A DNA stretch of 64,000 bases, taken from Candidatus Eiseniibacteriota bacterium (lineage in GTDB: Bacteria; Eisenbacteria; RBG-16-71-46). Below are positions 44,594 to 54,236 of the stretch, piece by piece (within the stretch, counting starts at the first letter, position 1; every line of letters starts with the position of its first letter). The translations under genes were made by a program, and so were the position numbers. The stretch is taken from assembly GCA_046327815.1 (NCBI GenBank), contig JAXLXR010000002.1, forward strand, positions 382,422 to 446,421, read 5' to 3'. The notes beneath the pieces were generated by a model that was given only the letters and a program-made list of their open reading frames with translations, did not search any database and was not told the origin of the DNA.

Positions 44594-45619
44594 TCAGCGC
44601 ATGCCGGCGAGATGGATGACGTACCAGCAGAGTGCGGACACGATGGCCGCGGCGGGCATGGTGAGGACCCAGGCCCAGACGATGCGGCCGGCGACGCCCC
44701 ACTTCACGGCCGAGAGCCGCCGGGTCGCGCTGACGCCCGAGCCGACGATCGCGCCGGTGATGGTGTGGGTCGTGGAGACCGGGATGCCCAGCGCGCTGGC
44801 GCCGAACAGCGCGCAAGCGCCCGCGGTCTCGGCGCAGAACCCGCCGACCGGCTGGAGCTTGGTGATGTTCATGCCCATGGTCTTCACGATGCGCCAGCCG
44901 CCCGACAGGGTGCCCAGTCCGATGGCGCCGTAGCTCGCGAGGATGACCCAGAAGGGCACGTGGAACTCGCCGGTGATGGTGCCGGTCGAGTAGAGCAGCG
45001 CGGTGATGATGCCCGCCGTCTTCTGCGCGTCGTTGCTGCCGTGCCCGAGGCTGAACGCGGCCGCCGACACGAGCTGCAGGCGCCGGAACAGCGTGTCCAC
45101 GCCGCGCGGCGTGGAGCGCCGGAACAGCCACATCACGATCAGCATGAACAGGAAGCCGAGCGCGAGGCCGACCACGGGCGACACCACGATGAACGTGGCG
45201 ACCTTGGTGAGCCCCGACAGCATCACGGCCTGCGGGCCCACGGCCACGACGGCGGCGCCGATGAAGCCGCCCATCAGCGCGTGGGAGCTCGACGTGGGAA
45301 GGCCCCACCACCACGTGAGCATGTTCCAGATGAGCGCGCCCGCGAGCGCCGCGAGCACGATCGCGGGCGTGACGACCGCCGGATCCACCGTGCCCTTCGC
45401 GATGGTCTTGGCCACGTGCACGCCGAACACCGCGAACGCGATGAAGTTGAAGAACGCGGCCCACGCGACGGCCTGCCGCGGCGACAGCACGCGTGTGCTC
45501 ACGACGGTCGCGATCGAGTTCGCGGCGTCGTGGAAGCCGTTGCTGTAGTCGAACAGCAGCGCCACCAGCACGATCGCCCACAGCATGGGCGACAGGTGCG
45601 GAATCGCCAGGAGCTCCAT
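44594..45619 (-). CDS. inorganic phosphate transporter, PiT family
   Basis: Duplicated PiT signature GFHDAANSIAT ... GHGSNDAQKTAG. Roughly 10 TM helices. Confidence 0.85.
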   Translation of the reverse strand: MELLAIPHLSPMLWAIVLVALLFDYSNGFHDAANSIATVVSTRVLSPRQAVAWAAFFNFIAFAVFGVHVAKTIAKGTVDPAVVTPAIVLAALAGALIWNMLTWWWGLPTSSSHALMGGFIGAAVVAVGPQAVMLSGLTKVATFIVVSPVVGLALGFLFMLIVMWLFRRSTPRGVDTLFRRLQLVSAAAFSLGHGSNDAQKTAGIITALLYSTGTITGEFHVPFWVILASYGAIGLGTLSGGWRIVKTMGMNITKLQPVGGFCAETAGACALFGASALGIPVSTTHTITGAIVGSGVSATRRLSAVKWGVAGRIVWAWVLTMPAAAIVSALCWYVIHLAGMR

Positions 45620-46233
45620 CAGCGGCTCTTGAGGACGATGGACTCGATGGCGTTCGCGACGTCCTCGCACTGGTCGGCCGCGCTCTCGAGGCGACCGTAC
45701 ATTTCCTTCCAGCGCAGCACGTCGAGGATCTCGTGGCGGCCGCTGAACAGGTCGGCCACGACCTGCCGCGAGATGCCGTCGGCTTCGTTCTCGAGCCGGT
45801 TGATCTCGATCGTGAAGCTCATGAGGTTCTGCATGTTCTGCAGGTTGCTCACGGCCTGCTCGATCTGCCGCCCGCAGTCGCGAAGGATCGCGGTCATCTT
45901 CACCGCCTCGGGCGTGGCCTTCACGATGTTGAACAGCACGATGCGGCTGGCGATCGCCTCGGCCGCGTCGATCACGTCGTCGAGGCCGCTCGCCAGTGCG
46001 TGGATGTCCTCGCGCTCGAGCGGCGTGATGAACGTGCGGTTCAGGCGCTCGAAGATCTCGTGCGTGACGATGTCCGCGCGGTGCTCCGTGTCCTTGATCG
46101 CCTTCGTGCGTTCCTCGAGGCGGTCGAACTGCTCCATCATCTCGTGCAGCTGGTCGCAGGCTTCGCGGACGAGCACGGCCTGGCGGCGGAACAGAAGGAA
46201 GAAGTCCTCTTCCTTCGGGAAGAGCGAAAACAT
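45619..46233 (-). CDS. PhoU-like / DUF47 (Pit accessory) protein
   Basis: TIGR00153/DUF47-type sequence immediately upstream of the PiT gene, overlapping it by 1 nt. Confidence 0.75.
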   Translation of the reverse strand: MFSLFPKEEDFFLLFRRQAVLVREACDQLHEMMEQFDRLEERTKAIKDTEHRADIVTHEIFERLNRTFITPLEREDIHALASGLDDVIDAAEAIASRIVLFNIVKATPEAVKMTAILRDCGRQIEQAVSNLQNMQNLMSFTIEINRLENEADGISRQVVADLFSGRHEILDVLRWKEMYGRLESAADQCEDVANAIESIVLKSR

Positions 46234-46525
46234 GGGGAGCCTCTCGGGGCGGTGGCGGCGGTCGAGCCGCCCGGTTTCGCTTCAGTGGGGCCGCGCAGTC
46301 GTACCACGCGCCCCCCGATGCGGCAATCCGGCGTGCGGCAGTGTGTTGCCCCGGCGCCGGGCAGGGGCACGCCGGGTTCGCGAATCGTCTCGCGCGTGAG
46401 AGGCCGTTCCCGGGAACCCCTGATGCCGAAACGATTTCGTGTTCAAGAATGCGCACGCACACGCCGATACGAGCATTGCCGCGGCGAGGACGGGCCGCGG
46501 AGCGAACGCCATTCCGAGGGGACTC

Positions 46526-48661
46526 ATGGAACGAGGGGCTGCAGGCCGTCACTGGCTGACGGACCTCGCACAACGCGCAGGGCTGCAAGGGGCGGACACG
46601 GTTCAGGTCGCGCCGGGCACATCACTCGCGCAGGCCTGGCAGGACGTGGCGCGTCATTGCGCGTTGTCCCCGGACCAGCTCGCCCAGGAAGTCGCCGACC
46701 AGATGCGGCTGCCGCTCGCGCGGCTGGGACAGCGCGATCCGCACGTGCTCAAGCTGCTGCCGGAGAAGCTCGCGCGCCGTTTCCACGTGCTGCCGTTGCG
46801 CGAGAGCGACCGCCAGATCGTGGTCGCGTGCTGCGATCCGCTGAACGACGAGATCGAGCGCGGCATCGCGTTCGCGTCCGGGCGCATGCCGATCTTCGAG
46901 ATCGCGTCGCACGAGGCCATCGCGAACGCGCTGGATCGCGCCTACGCCGCGCCGGCCAGCGCGCCGGCGGCTCCGGCCGCGGCCACCGCCGCGGGGCCCG
47001 GATCCGAGGACACGATCCGGCTCATGCAGAACTCCACGTCCGACGCCGCGATCACCGACGGTGACGCCGCGCCGGTCGTGAAACTGACGAACATCATCCT
47101 GCGCAACGCCGCGCACGAGCGCGCGAGCGACATTCACTTCGAGCCGGCCGCGGGCACGAGCACGGTGCGCTTCCGTGTGGACGGCGTGATGCGCGTGCAC
47201 ATGCGCATGCCCACGCTCGCCCTGCAGCGCGTCGTCGCGCGCATCAAGGTCATGGGCTCGATGGACATCGCCGACCGCCTGCGTCCGCAGGACGGCCGCG
47301 CCTCGTTCGAGGTGGACGGCCAGACCGTGGACCTGCGCATCTCGACCGTGCCGACGCGCGAGGGCGAGAAGTGCGTGATCCGCCTGCTGCGTGGCGCCTC
47401 GAGCGACACGCTCACGAGCCTCCAGTTGTCCGAGCGCGACCTGCGGCTGGTGCGCGGTCTCGTGGGCAACCGCAACGGCGTCGTGGTCGTGACCGGCCCC
47501 ACGGGTTCGGGCAAGACCACCACGCTCTACGCGATCATCCGCGAGCTCAACAACGGCGAGACCAACATCAGCACGGTCGAGGACCCGATCGAGTACGAGC
47601 TGCCCGGCATCACGCAGATGCAGGTCGAGACCAAGCGCGACTTCACGTTCGCGACGGCGCTGCGCGCGATCCTGCGGCAGGACCCCGACGTCATCCTCGT
47701 GGGCGAGATCCGCGACGCCGAGACCGCGACGATCGCGGTGCAGGCGTCCATGACCGGCCACCTCGTGCTCACGACGCTGCACACGAACGACGCCTCGAGC
47801 GCCGTCGCGCGCCTCGTGGACATCGGGGTCGAGCGCCCGGCGATCTCCGCGACGCTGCGCGGCGTGATCGCGCAGCGGCTCGTGCGCCGCGTGTGCCCGC
47901 ACTGTTCCGAGAAGGTCGCCGAACTCAACGACGAGGAGCAGCGGCTCGCGACGGCCTACGGCGTCACACCGACCGTGCGTGCGCGCGGCTGCGTGCGCTG
48001 CGGCAACAGCGGCTACATGGGCCGGGTCGCGATCCTCGAGATCCTCACGCTCACGCCGCAGCTGCAGCAGCTCGTCGCGAGCGGAGTCCCGGCCGTCGAA
48101 CTCCACGCCGCCGCCGCGCAGGCCGGCATGCGCACGCTGCGCATGTCCGCGCTGGCACGCGTGGCCGAGGGCGTGACGACGCTGCAGGAAGTCGAGCGCG
48201 TGGTCGGCGAACTGCCGGCCGAACCCGGCCTCGCCGCGCATCCGAGTCCCGCACCCGTGGCCGCCGAGCCGGTCGCGAAGGGCCCGCGCGTGCTGGTCGT
48301 GGACGACGACTCGGTGATCCGCAAGGTCGCGAAGCGGCTGCTCGCCGAGGGCGGCTACGACGTGATCGAGGCGGCCTCGGGCGAGGACGCACTCGAGATC
48401 CTCGCCACCGATGCGTCACTCGCGCTGGTCGTGCTCGATCTCGGGCTGCCCGGCATCCAGGGCGAAGACGTGCTGCGGCAGATGCGCACGTCGCCGTCCA
48501 CCGCGTCGCTGCCCGTGATCGTGCTCACCGGTTCGATCGATCCGGACGTCGAGGTGCGGCTCATGGAAGAGGGCGCCGACGACTACATCCGCAAGCCGAT
48601 CGAGGCGAAGCGTTTCGTGACGCGCGTGAAGGCCGCGCTGCGGCGCGCCGCCGCCGCGTAG
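46526..48661 (+). CDS. GspE/PilB-family secretion ATPase (T2SSE_N domain plus ATPase) fused to a C-terminal response-regulator receiver domain
   Basis: N-terminal T2SS-E N-domain (LPLRESDRQIVVACCDPLNDE). Walker A GPTGSGKTTT. Asp box. Walker B VILVGEIRD. His box TLHTN. Tetracysteine CPHC...CVRC. Then REC (RVLVVDDDSVIRKV...LVVLDLGLPGIQG...IVLTGS...KP). Confidence 0.85.
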   Translation: MERGAAGRHWLTDLAQRAGLQGADTVQVAPGTSLAQAWQDVARHCALSPDQLAQEVADQMRLPLARLGQRDPHVLKLLPEKLARRFHVLPLRESDRQIVVACCDPLNDEIERGIAFASGRMPIFEIASHEAIANALDRAYAAPASAPAAPAAATAAGPGSEDTIRLMQNSTSDAAITDGDAAPVVKLTNIILRNAAHERASDIHFEPAAGTSTVRFRVDGVMRVHMRMPTLALQRVVARIKVMGSMDIADRLRPQDGRASFEVDGQTVDLRISTVPTREGEKCVIRLLRGASSDTLTSLQLSERDLRLVRGLVGNRNGVVVVTGPTGSGKTTTLYAIIRELNNGETNISTVEDPIEYELPGITQMQVETKRDFTFATALRAILRQDPDVILVGEIRDAETATIAVQASMTGHLVLTTLHTNDASSAVARLVDIGVERPAISATLRGVIAQRLVRRVCPHCSEKVAELNDEEQRLATAYGVTPTVRARGCVRCGNSGYMGRVAILEILTLTPQLQQLVASGVPAVELHAAAAQAGMRTLRMSALARVAEGVTTLQEVERVVGELPAEPGLAAHPSPAPVAAEPVAKGPRVLVVDDDSVIRKVAKRLLAEGGYDVIEAASGEDALEILATDASLALVVLDLGLPGIQGEDVLRQMRTSPSTASLPVIVLTGSIDPDVEVRLMEEGADDYIRKPIEAKRFVTRVKAALRRAAAA

Positions 48662-48673
48662 GGCGACCGGCGC

Positions 48674-49699
48674 TCAGGTGAGGCGGCCCGGGCGCGCGAG
48701 CCCGAGCGACAGGATGCGCGCGAGCAGGGCGCGGTAGTCGAGCTTCACCGCGGCCGCCGCGCTCGCGAACTCCTCGCTTTCGGCGATCTCGGGATTCGGG
48801 TTCGCCTCGAGCAGGTAGAGTTCGTTGTTCGCCGTGAGCCGGTAGTCCACGCGCGCGTAACCGTCGAGCTCGAGCATGCGGTAGACGCGGCGCGTGGTGC
48901 GCGCGAGCGCGCGTTCGACGGCCGGGTCGAGCCCCGCGGCGCGGCGGATGTCGATCTTGTGCTTCTTCTGGTAGCCGGGGCTGTGCTTCACGCGCGCGGT
49001 CGCGATCGGCTCGCCGGTCTCGGCGAGCTTGCCGAAGTCGAGCTCCCACGTGGGCAGTACGCGCACGCGTTCGTTGCCGATCGCGCCCACGTAAAGCTCG
49101 CGGCCTTCGATGTACTCCTCGACGAGCGCGTCGGTCCCGATGCTCTCGTGGATGAAGCGCACGCGCTCGAGCAGCTTGTCGTCGCCGTCCACGATGCTCG
49201 CCTGCGAGATCCCGAGCGACGCCTCTTCGCTCGCACTCTTCACGAAGAGCGGGAACTTGAGGCTCTTGGGGCGCCGCGGCTTCTGCCCCCGGGCGACCAC
49301 GAAGAACGCCGGCACGCGCACGCGGTGGTAGGCGGCGATCTTCTTGGTGATCGCCTTGCTGCGCGCGAGCACCAGCCCGCGCGGATTGCAGCCCGTGTAC
49401 GCGAGCTTGAGCAGTTCGAGGTAGCTCACCACGTGCTGGTCGAAGTTCGACAGGCCGTGGAACTCCTCGAGCAGGTTGAACACGATGTCGGGCTTCCATT
49501 CCTCGGCGGCCACGCGGATCGGGTTGAGCTCCTCCTGTACGCCGAGCGCGAGCGTCTCGTGACCGAGCGCGCGCAGCGTGTGGAGCACGCCGTACTCCGT
49601 CTTCCAGGTCGCGATCTCCTCGGGCGTGTGTCCCTTGAGCGAATCCGGGGGCACCAGCGAGGGGTGCATGAGCACGAGCACTCGGAGGGTCTGCTTCAC
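48674..49699 (-). CDS. D-alanine--D-alanine ligase-like ATP-grasp enzyme
   Basis: Ddl-family N and C regions (RVLVLMHPSLVP..., FPLFVKSASEEASLGI, EEYIEGRELYVG, ELYLLEANPNP). GTG start overlapping the upstream gene's stop (GTGA). Confidence 0.7.
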   Translation of the reverse strand: MKQTLRVLVLMHPSLVPPDSLKGHTPEEIATWKTEYGVLHTLRALGHETLALGVQEELNPIRVAAEEWKPDIVFNLLEEFHGLSNFDQHVVSYLELLKLAYTGCNPRGLVLARSKAITKKIAAYHRVRVPAFFVVARGQKPRRPKSLKFPLFVKSASEEASLGISQASIVDGDDKLLERVRFIHESIGTDALVEEYIEGRELYVGAIGNERVRVLPTWELDFGKLAETGEPIATARVKHSPGYQKKHKIDIRRAAGLDPAVERALARTTRRVYRMLELDGYARVDYRLTANNELYLLEANPNPEIAESEEFASAAAAVKLDYRALLARILSLGLARPGRLT

Positions 49700-50847
49700 A
49701 ACGCGATCCAGTTCTTGCGCGAATAGTGGAAGTGCACGGTGCGCACCGTGAGCAGGAGCGCCACGTCCACGCGCAGCCGGCGCTCGTTGCCCGTCGCGTT
49801 CAGGTCGAGCGCGCGGCAGCGCGCGATCACGTCGTCGAGCACCTGCTCGAGCGTGAACGGGGATTCACCGGTGAAGCGCGACACGAGCCGCCGGATCTCG
49901 CCGCGGTTGCGCCGCACGAAGCGTGCGGCGGGTTCGGCGCGTCGGCCGGGCTCGGCCGCGAACAGCCGCTGCAGGTCGCGGTCCTGCACGCTCGGCTTCC
50001 AGCGCGCGTAGTGCGCCTGCTTCTCGGCGTAGTGCTCGCGCAGCGTGCGCTTCACCTGCGCGAGCGGTTCGATCCGCCGGCGCGAGCGTACGAGCGGCGC
50101 GGCGCCGCGCAGTTCGCGCATGAGCTCGTCCACGTACTCGAGCTTGCGCAGCGCCGGCCAGCCGGCGTAGCGGCGGCGCCACGCGCTGCGCGGCGTCAGC
50201 CACACGGCGAACGTCTCCGCGAAGTCCTCGTCCGGGTGCGCCTGCGCGTAGTACTGCCGCAGGTGCTGCACGAACCGCTGGCTCGCCGGGTTCGGCCGGT
50301 AGATCTCGGGGTAGGGCTTGTGGGTGTTGCCGAAATGCCGCCGCCACTCGGCGCGCCGGTGCAGCCGGAATGCGTGCTGCAGGCAGTGCCCGAACTCGTG
50401 GCGCAGGATCGCGAGGCATTCCTCGCGCGTGCCGCCCTCGGCTTCGAGCATCATGGACTTCTCGAGCCGCAGCAGCCGCGGGTGCGCGAGATAGAACGGC
50501 AGCGCCACGCCGGGCACGCCGTCGGGCGAGAACCACTCGGTGGACAGCCACACGTGCGGCTTGAGCCGCAGGCCGCGCTGCGCGAGTTCGCTCCACACCT
50601 GTTCGACGTGCGGCGCGAGGAACGCGCCCGGCTCGTCGAGCCCGAGGTCGCAGAAGCGCAGGTCGAGCAGGCGCTGCTCGTCGAGGCGCGGCCATGCGCG
50701 CGTCGCGGCGCCACGGGTCGAGCGGACGGCCATGTCCCTCCCGAAGAAGCGGCGAAAGACGTTGACGCCGTCTTCGCGCATCGCGGAACATCTCCCGCCG
50801 TTCGCGCCCCACGGGGGGGCGGACGGCCCGAACGGAATCGCGCGCAT
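49696..50847 (-). CDS. putative zinc-dependent metallopeptidase-like protein (HEXXH), partner of the ATP-grasp gene
   Basis: HEFGH motif (AILRHEFGHCLQHAF) with a downstream EDFAETFA. The true start is probably internal (around 50781 or 50733). Confidence 0.55.
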   Translation of the reverse strand: MRAIPFGPSAPPWGANGGRCSAMREDGVNVFRRFFGRDMAVRSTRGAATRAWPRLDEQRLLDLRFCDLGLDEPGAFLAPHVEQVWSELAQRGLRLKPHVWLSTEWFSPDGVPGVALPFYLAHPRLLRLEKSMMLEAEGGTREECLAILRHEFGHCLQHAFRLHRRAEWRRHFGNTHKPYPEIYRPNPASQRFVQHLRQYYAQAHPDEDFAETFAVWLTPRSAWRRRYAGWPALRKLEYVDELMRELRGAAPLVRSRRRIEPLAQVKRTLREHYAEKQAHYARWKPSVQDRDLQRLFAAEPGRRAEPAARFVRRNRGEIRRLVSRFTGESPFTLEQVLDDVIARCRALDLNATGNERRLRVDVALLLTVRTVHFHYSRKNWIAL

Positions 50848-50866
50848 CCTACCTCAGGAAGACCCG

Positions 50867-51694
50867 ATGAAAAGCCCCGCTCCACGCCGTGACCGCCACG
50901 CCTTCTACGAAGCCGCCGTCCAGGGCGTCGAGTGGGACCTCGACTTCCTCGTGCGCGCGTTCAAGACGCGCAACGACCGCGAGCCGAGGCTGTTCCGCGA
51001 GGACTTCTGCAGCACCGCCGCGCTCGCGGTCGCGTGGGCGCAGCGTCACCCCGACAACCGTGCGTGGGCGGTGGACCTGGATCCCGAACCGCTCGCGTGG
51101 GCGAAGACGTACCGCCTGCCGTACGTACGCGAGGTCGCGAAGCGCGTCGCGCTGGTCAAGTCCGACGTGCGCAAGCCGCAGCAGCCGCTGGTGGACGTGG
51201 CGTGCGCGCTGAACTTTTCGTGGTGGGTGTTCCACGAGCGGCCCGACCTGCTCGCCTACCTGCGCGCCGCGCGCGCGGGGCTGAAGAAGAACGGCGTGCT
51301 CGTGCTGAACGCGTTCGGCGGCACGAAGGCCGAGCGCACGCTGACCGAGCGCACGCGCAAGTCCGCCACGAACACGCCCGACGGCCGCATGCTCCCGCCG
51401 TTCACCTACGTGTGGGAGCAGAAGTCGTTCAACGCGCTCGACCGCAGGCTGCTCGCCTACATCCATTTCGAGCCGAAGGACCAGCCGCGCATGCCGCGCG
51501 CGTTCGTCTACGACTGGAGAATGTGGACGCTGCGCGAGCTGCAGGAGGCCTGCCTCGAAGCCGGGTTCGCCGATTTCGAGGTGTACAGCGAAGGCTGGGA
51601 TGCCGAATCACGCACGCATACCGGCACGCTCCACAAGCGCTCGAAGCTCGACAACGAAGACTGTTGGATCGGCTACTGCGCCGCGTATCGCTGA
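50867..51694 (+). CDS. hypothetical protein (275 aa)
   Basis: ATG at 50867, divergent from the metallopeptidase gene. Coding-like bias. No confident domain. Confidence 0.45.
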   Translation: MKSPAPRRDRHAFYEAAVQGVEWDLDFLVRAFKTRNDREPRLFREDFCSTAALAVAWAQRHPDNRAWAVDLDPEPLAWAKTYRLPYVREVAKRVALVKSDVRKPQQPLVDVACALNFSWWVFHERPDLLAYLRAARAGLKKNGVLVLNAFGGTKAERTLTERTRKSATNTPDGRMLPPFTYVWEQKSFNALDRRLLAYIHFEPKDQPRMPRAFVYDWRMWTLRELQEACLEAGFADFEVYSEGWDAESRTHTGTLHKRSKLDNEDCWIGYCAAYR

Positions 51695-51756
51695 GTGTCA
51701 CCCGGGCATTCCGGCCCGGCCGCGTCCCCCGAAACCCCACACTGGAGGATCACCGG

Positions 51757-53355
51757 ATGAAGCTGCGCCCGTTCCTCGCCGCGTTCGCCTGCGCGCTGCT
51801 GCTGCCGCTCGCGGCCTCGGCCGCCACGCCCCGCTGGACCTACACGACCAACGGCATCGTCTTCCAGCGCCTCACGTCGCTCGGCACGCTGCTCGTGTCG
51901 TCGGACGACGCCCTGCGCGTGATCAACCCCGCCGACGGCAGCGTGGTCTGGGAGCGCAAGGACCTCGCGAAGTTCAAGGAGTGCAACTTCGACGAACTCG
52001 AGAACACGCCGTACGGCATGCTCGACATCGGCGAAGGCATGGGCGGCCGCATGCGGCACGTCGAGGTGATCGACCTGCAGACGGGCCAGAAGAAGTGGGA
52101 CTCCGAGGGCCTGCCCATCCTCAGCAGCCAGGGCCAGATCCAGGTCGCTCACAAGCGCATGCTCGTGATCTTCGGGCTCGCGAAGAAGGGCAACAAGCCC
52201 ATGACGGTCGCGGTGGACACCGAGACCGGCGAGATCAAGTGGCAGCAGGAGCGCCTGTTCGAGAAGCCGCTGCTGCTGTTCGAGGTCAAGGGCAGCGGCC
52301 GCATGTTCAAGCGCTACTCGATCGAGGGGAACCAGCCCGCGACGTTCCCGGACGAGAACAGCATGGTGGTTTGGCTGACCGAGGACGGTCCGATCAAGAT
52401 CAACCTCGAGAACGGCAACAAGGAATGGGCGTGCGCCGGCCTCAAGGGCAAGACGCCCGCCGCGATGAACTACGGCTTCTGCGGCATGCTGAGCGCCGAT
52501 GGTGCGATCTACGTGCCCTACGAGAAGAGCCTGCAGGCCGTGAGCGCGAAGACCGGCGAGCTGCTGTGGAAGAAGGAGAAGGACTTCCGCGGCCGCCCGT
52601 GCCAGATGATGATCGTGGACCAGGGCATCGTGGTGCGCGGTGCGTCGTTCATGGACGGCGACAAGCCCAAGGGCAAGCCGTTCATCGACGTGCTGAACCC
52701 GCAGACCGGCGAATCCGTGTGGAAGAAGCCGTTCAAGGACCTCGAGGACGCCACGTCGTTCGCCGTGGACGGTGACAAGGTCTACATCTGCGCGGACAAC
52801 GAAATGCACGCGGTCGCGCTGGCCGACGGCACCGACCAGATCCTCGCGAAATTCAAGTTCAAGGAAGGCGAAGTCCCGACGTCGCTGAGCCTGCGCGACG
52901 GCGGCTTCCTGCTCACTTCGAGCCAGTCGCTGCTCAAGCTCGAGAAGGGCGGCAAGGAAGAGTGGCGCGCCTACTACGCCGCGCCGGGCCAGGCCGGCTG
53001 GATCAAGGTCGTGAGCACCGTGGCCGTGATGGCGACCAACGCAGCCGCCGCGGGCGCCGCGTACGACCGCGCACAGCGCTACGGCGGCACGCAGACCTAC
53101 TACCTGTCCGGCAATCCCGAGCTGTCGCGCCGCTTCAAGGCGACCACGTCCGGCTACGACTTCCGCTACATCCTCACGAGCGTGGACGACGGCGGCAAGA
53201 AGCGGCCCGGGCTGGTGAAGGTGGCGAAGAAGGACGGCAAGGTGGTCTCGTCGGTCGGACTCGGCGACAAGACGCCCGAGTACGAAGTGGACGAGCTGGA
53301 AGGGCTGATCTACTTCAAGAAGTCGGACAACGTGATCGAGGCGTACGCGCTGTAG
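51757..53355 (+). CDS. secreted PQQ-like (BamB-type) beta-propeller repeat protein, lysine-rich
   Basis: Strong RBS GGAGGA before the ATG. Signal peptide MKLRPFLAAFACALLLPLAASA. Repeated PQQ-propeller-type motifs (DGSVVWER, GEIKWQQE, GELLWKKE, GESVWKK). Roughly 11% Lys, against under 3% in neighbouring genes. Confidence 0.7.
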   Translation: MKLRPFLAAFACALLLPLAASAATPRWTYTTNGIVFQRLTSLGTLLVSSDDALRVINPADGSVVWERKDLAKFKECNFDELENTPYGMLDIGEGMGGRMRHVEVIDLQTGQKKWDSEGLPILSSQGQIQVAHKRMLVIFGLAKKGNKPMTVAVDTETGEIKWQQERLFEKPLLLFEVKGSGRMFKRYSIEGNQPATFPDENSMVVWLTEDGPIKINLENGNKEWACAGLKGKTPAAMNYGFCGMLSADGAIYVPYEKSLQAVSAKTGELLWKKEKDFRGRPCQMMIVDQGIVVRGASFMDGDKPKGKPFIDVLNPQTGESVWKKPFKDLEDATSFAVDGDKVYICADNEMHAVALADGTDQILAKFKFKEGEVPTSLSLRDGGFLLTSSQSLLKLEKGGKEEWRAYYAAPGQAGWIKVVSTVAVMATNAAAAGAAYDRAQRYGGTQTYYLSGNPELSRRFKATTSGYDFRYILTSVDDGGKKRPGLVKVAKKDGKVVSSVGLGDKTPEYEVDELEGLIYFKKSDNVIEAYAL

Positions 53356-53456
53356 CGGCACGCCCCCTCGCGCACGAACGGCCCGGACGCCACATCGGCG
53401 GCCGGGCCGTTCCGCGTGTTGGACAGGCCGCGCCGCGCCGCCTAGCTTCGCTCCCC

Positions 53457-54236
53457 ATGCGCACGCTGAACGCCATCCGCTACGTGTCGCCGCTCCGCGA
53501 GGGCGGTTCGCTGCCCGCGATCGTCGAAGCCTCCGACGGGCGGCTCTGGGTCGTGAAGTTCCGCGGCGCGGGACAAGGTGCCCGCGCGCTCGTGGCCGAG
53601 TGGCTGTGCGGCGAGCTGGCGCGTGCGTGCGGCTTCGCGGTGCCCGAACTGGCGCGCATCGAACTCGACGCGGCGTTCGGCCGCAACGAGCCCGATCCCG
53701 AGATCCGCGACCTGCTGCGCGCGAGCCACGGCGCCAACCTGGGTCTGGCGTTCCTGCCGGGTGCGCTCACGTACGACCCGGTCGCGCCGCCCGACGTGGA
53801 CGACGCGACGGCGTCGGCGCTGGTGTGGTTCGACGCGTTCGTGCTCAACGTGGACCGCTCGCCGCGCAACCCGAACCTGCTGCTGGCCGAGGGCCGGCTG
53901 TGGCTCATCGACCACGGCGCGGCGCTGTACTTCCATCATGCGTGGGGCGCTTCGGCGAAGAGCCACGAGAGCGCGTTCGCGCCGATTCGCGACCACGTGC
54001 TGCTGCCGCGTGCGGGCGCGATCCGCGCGGCCGGCGAGCGGCTCGCCGCCCGCATCGCGGCCGCCGACGTGCGCGCGCTGCTCGCGGCGTTGCCCGACGA
54101 ATGGCTGGCGGCGGCAGACGCGCCGGGCGATCCCGCGGCGACGCGCGAGGCGTACGCGCGCTGGTTCGCCGCGCGGCTCGCGGCGGCGGACACCTTCACC
54201 GCGGAGGCGGAACGTGCCCGAGCAGCGCTCGTTTGA
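53457..54236 (+). CDS. short HipA-like / aminoglycoside-phosphotransferase-like Ser/Thr kinase-fold protein
   Basis: Kinase-fold motifs: glycine-rich loop region VVKFRGAGQGARALVAEW, a catalytic-loop-like VLNVDRSPRNPNLLL, and a DFG-equivalent WLIDHGAAL. Confidence 0.5.
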   Translation: MRTLNAIRYVSPLREGGSLPAIVEASDGRLWVVKFRGAGQGARALVAEWLCGELARACGFAVPELARIELDAAFGRNEPDPEIRDLLRASHGANLGLAFLPGALTYDPVAPPDVDDATASALVWFDAFVLNVDRSPRNPNLLLAEGRLWLIDHGAALYFHHAWGASAKSHESAFAPIRDHVLLPRAGAIRAAGERLAARIAAADVRALLAALPDEWLAAADAPGDPAATREAYARWFAARLAAADTFTAEAERARAALV

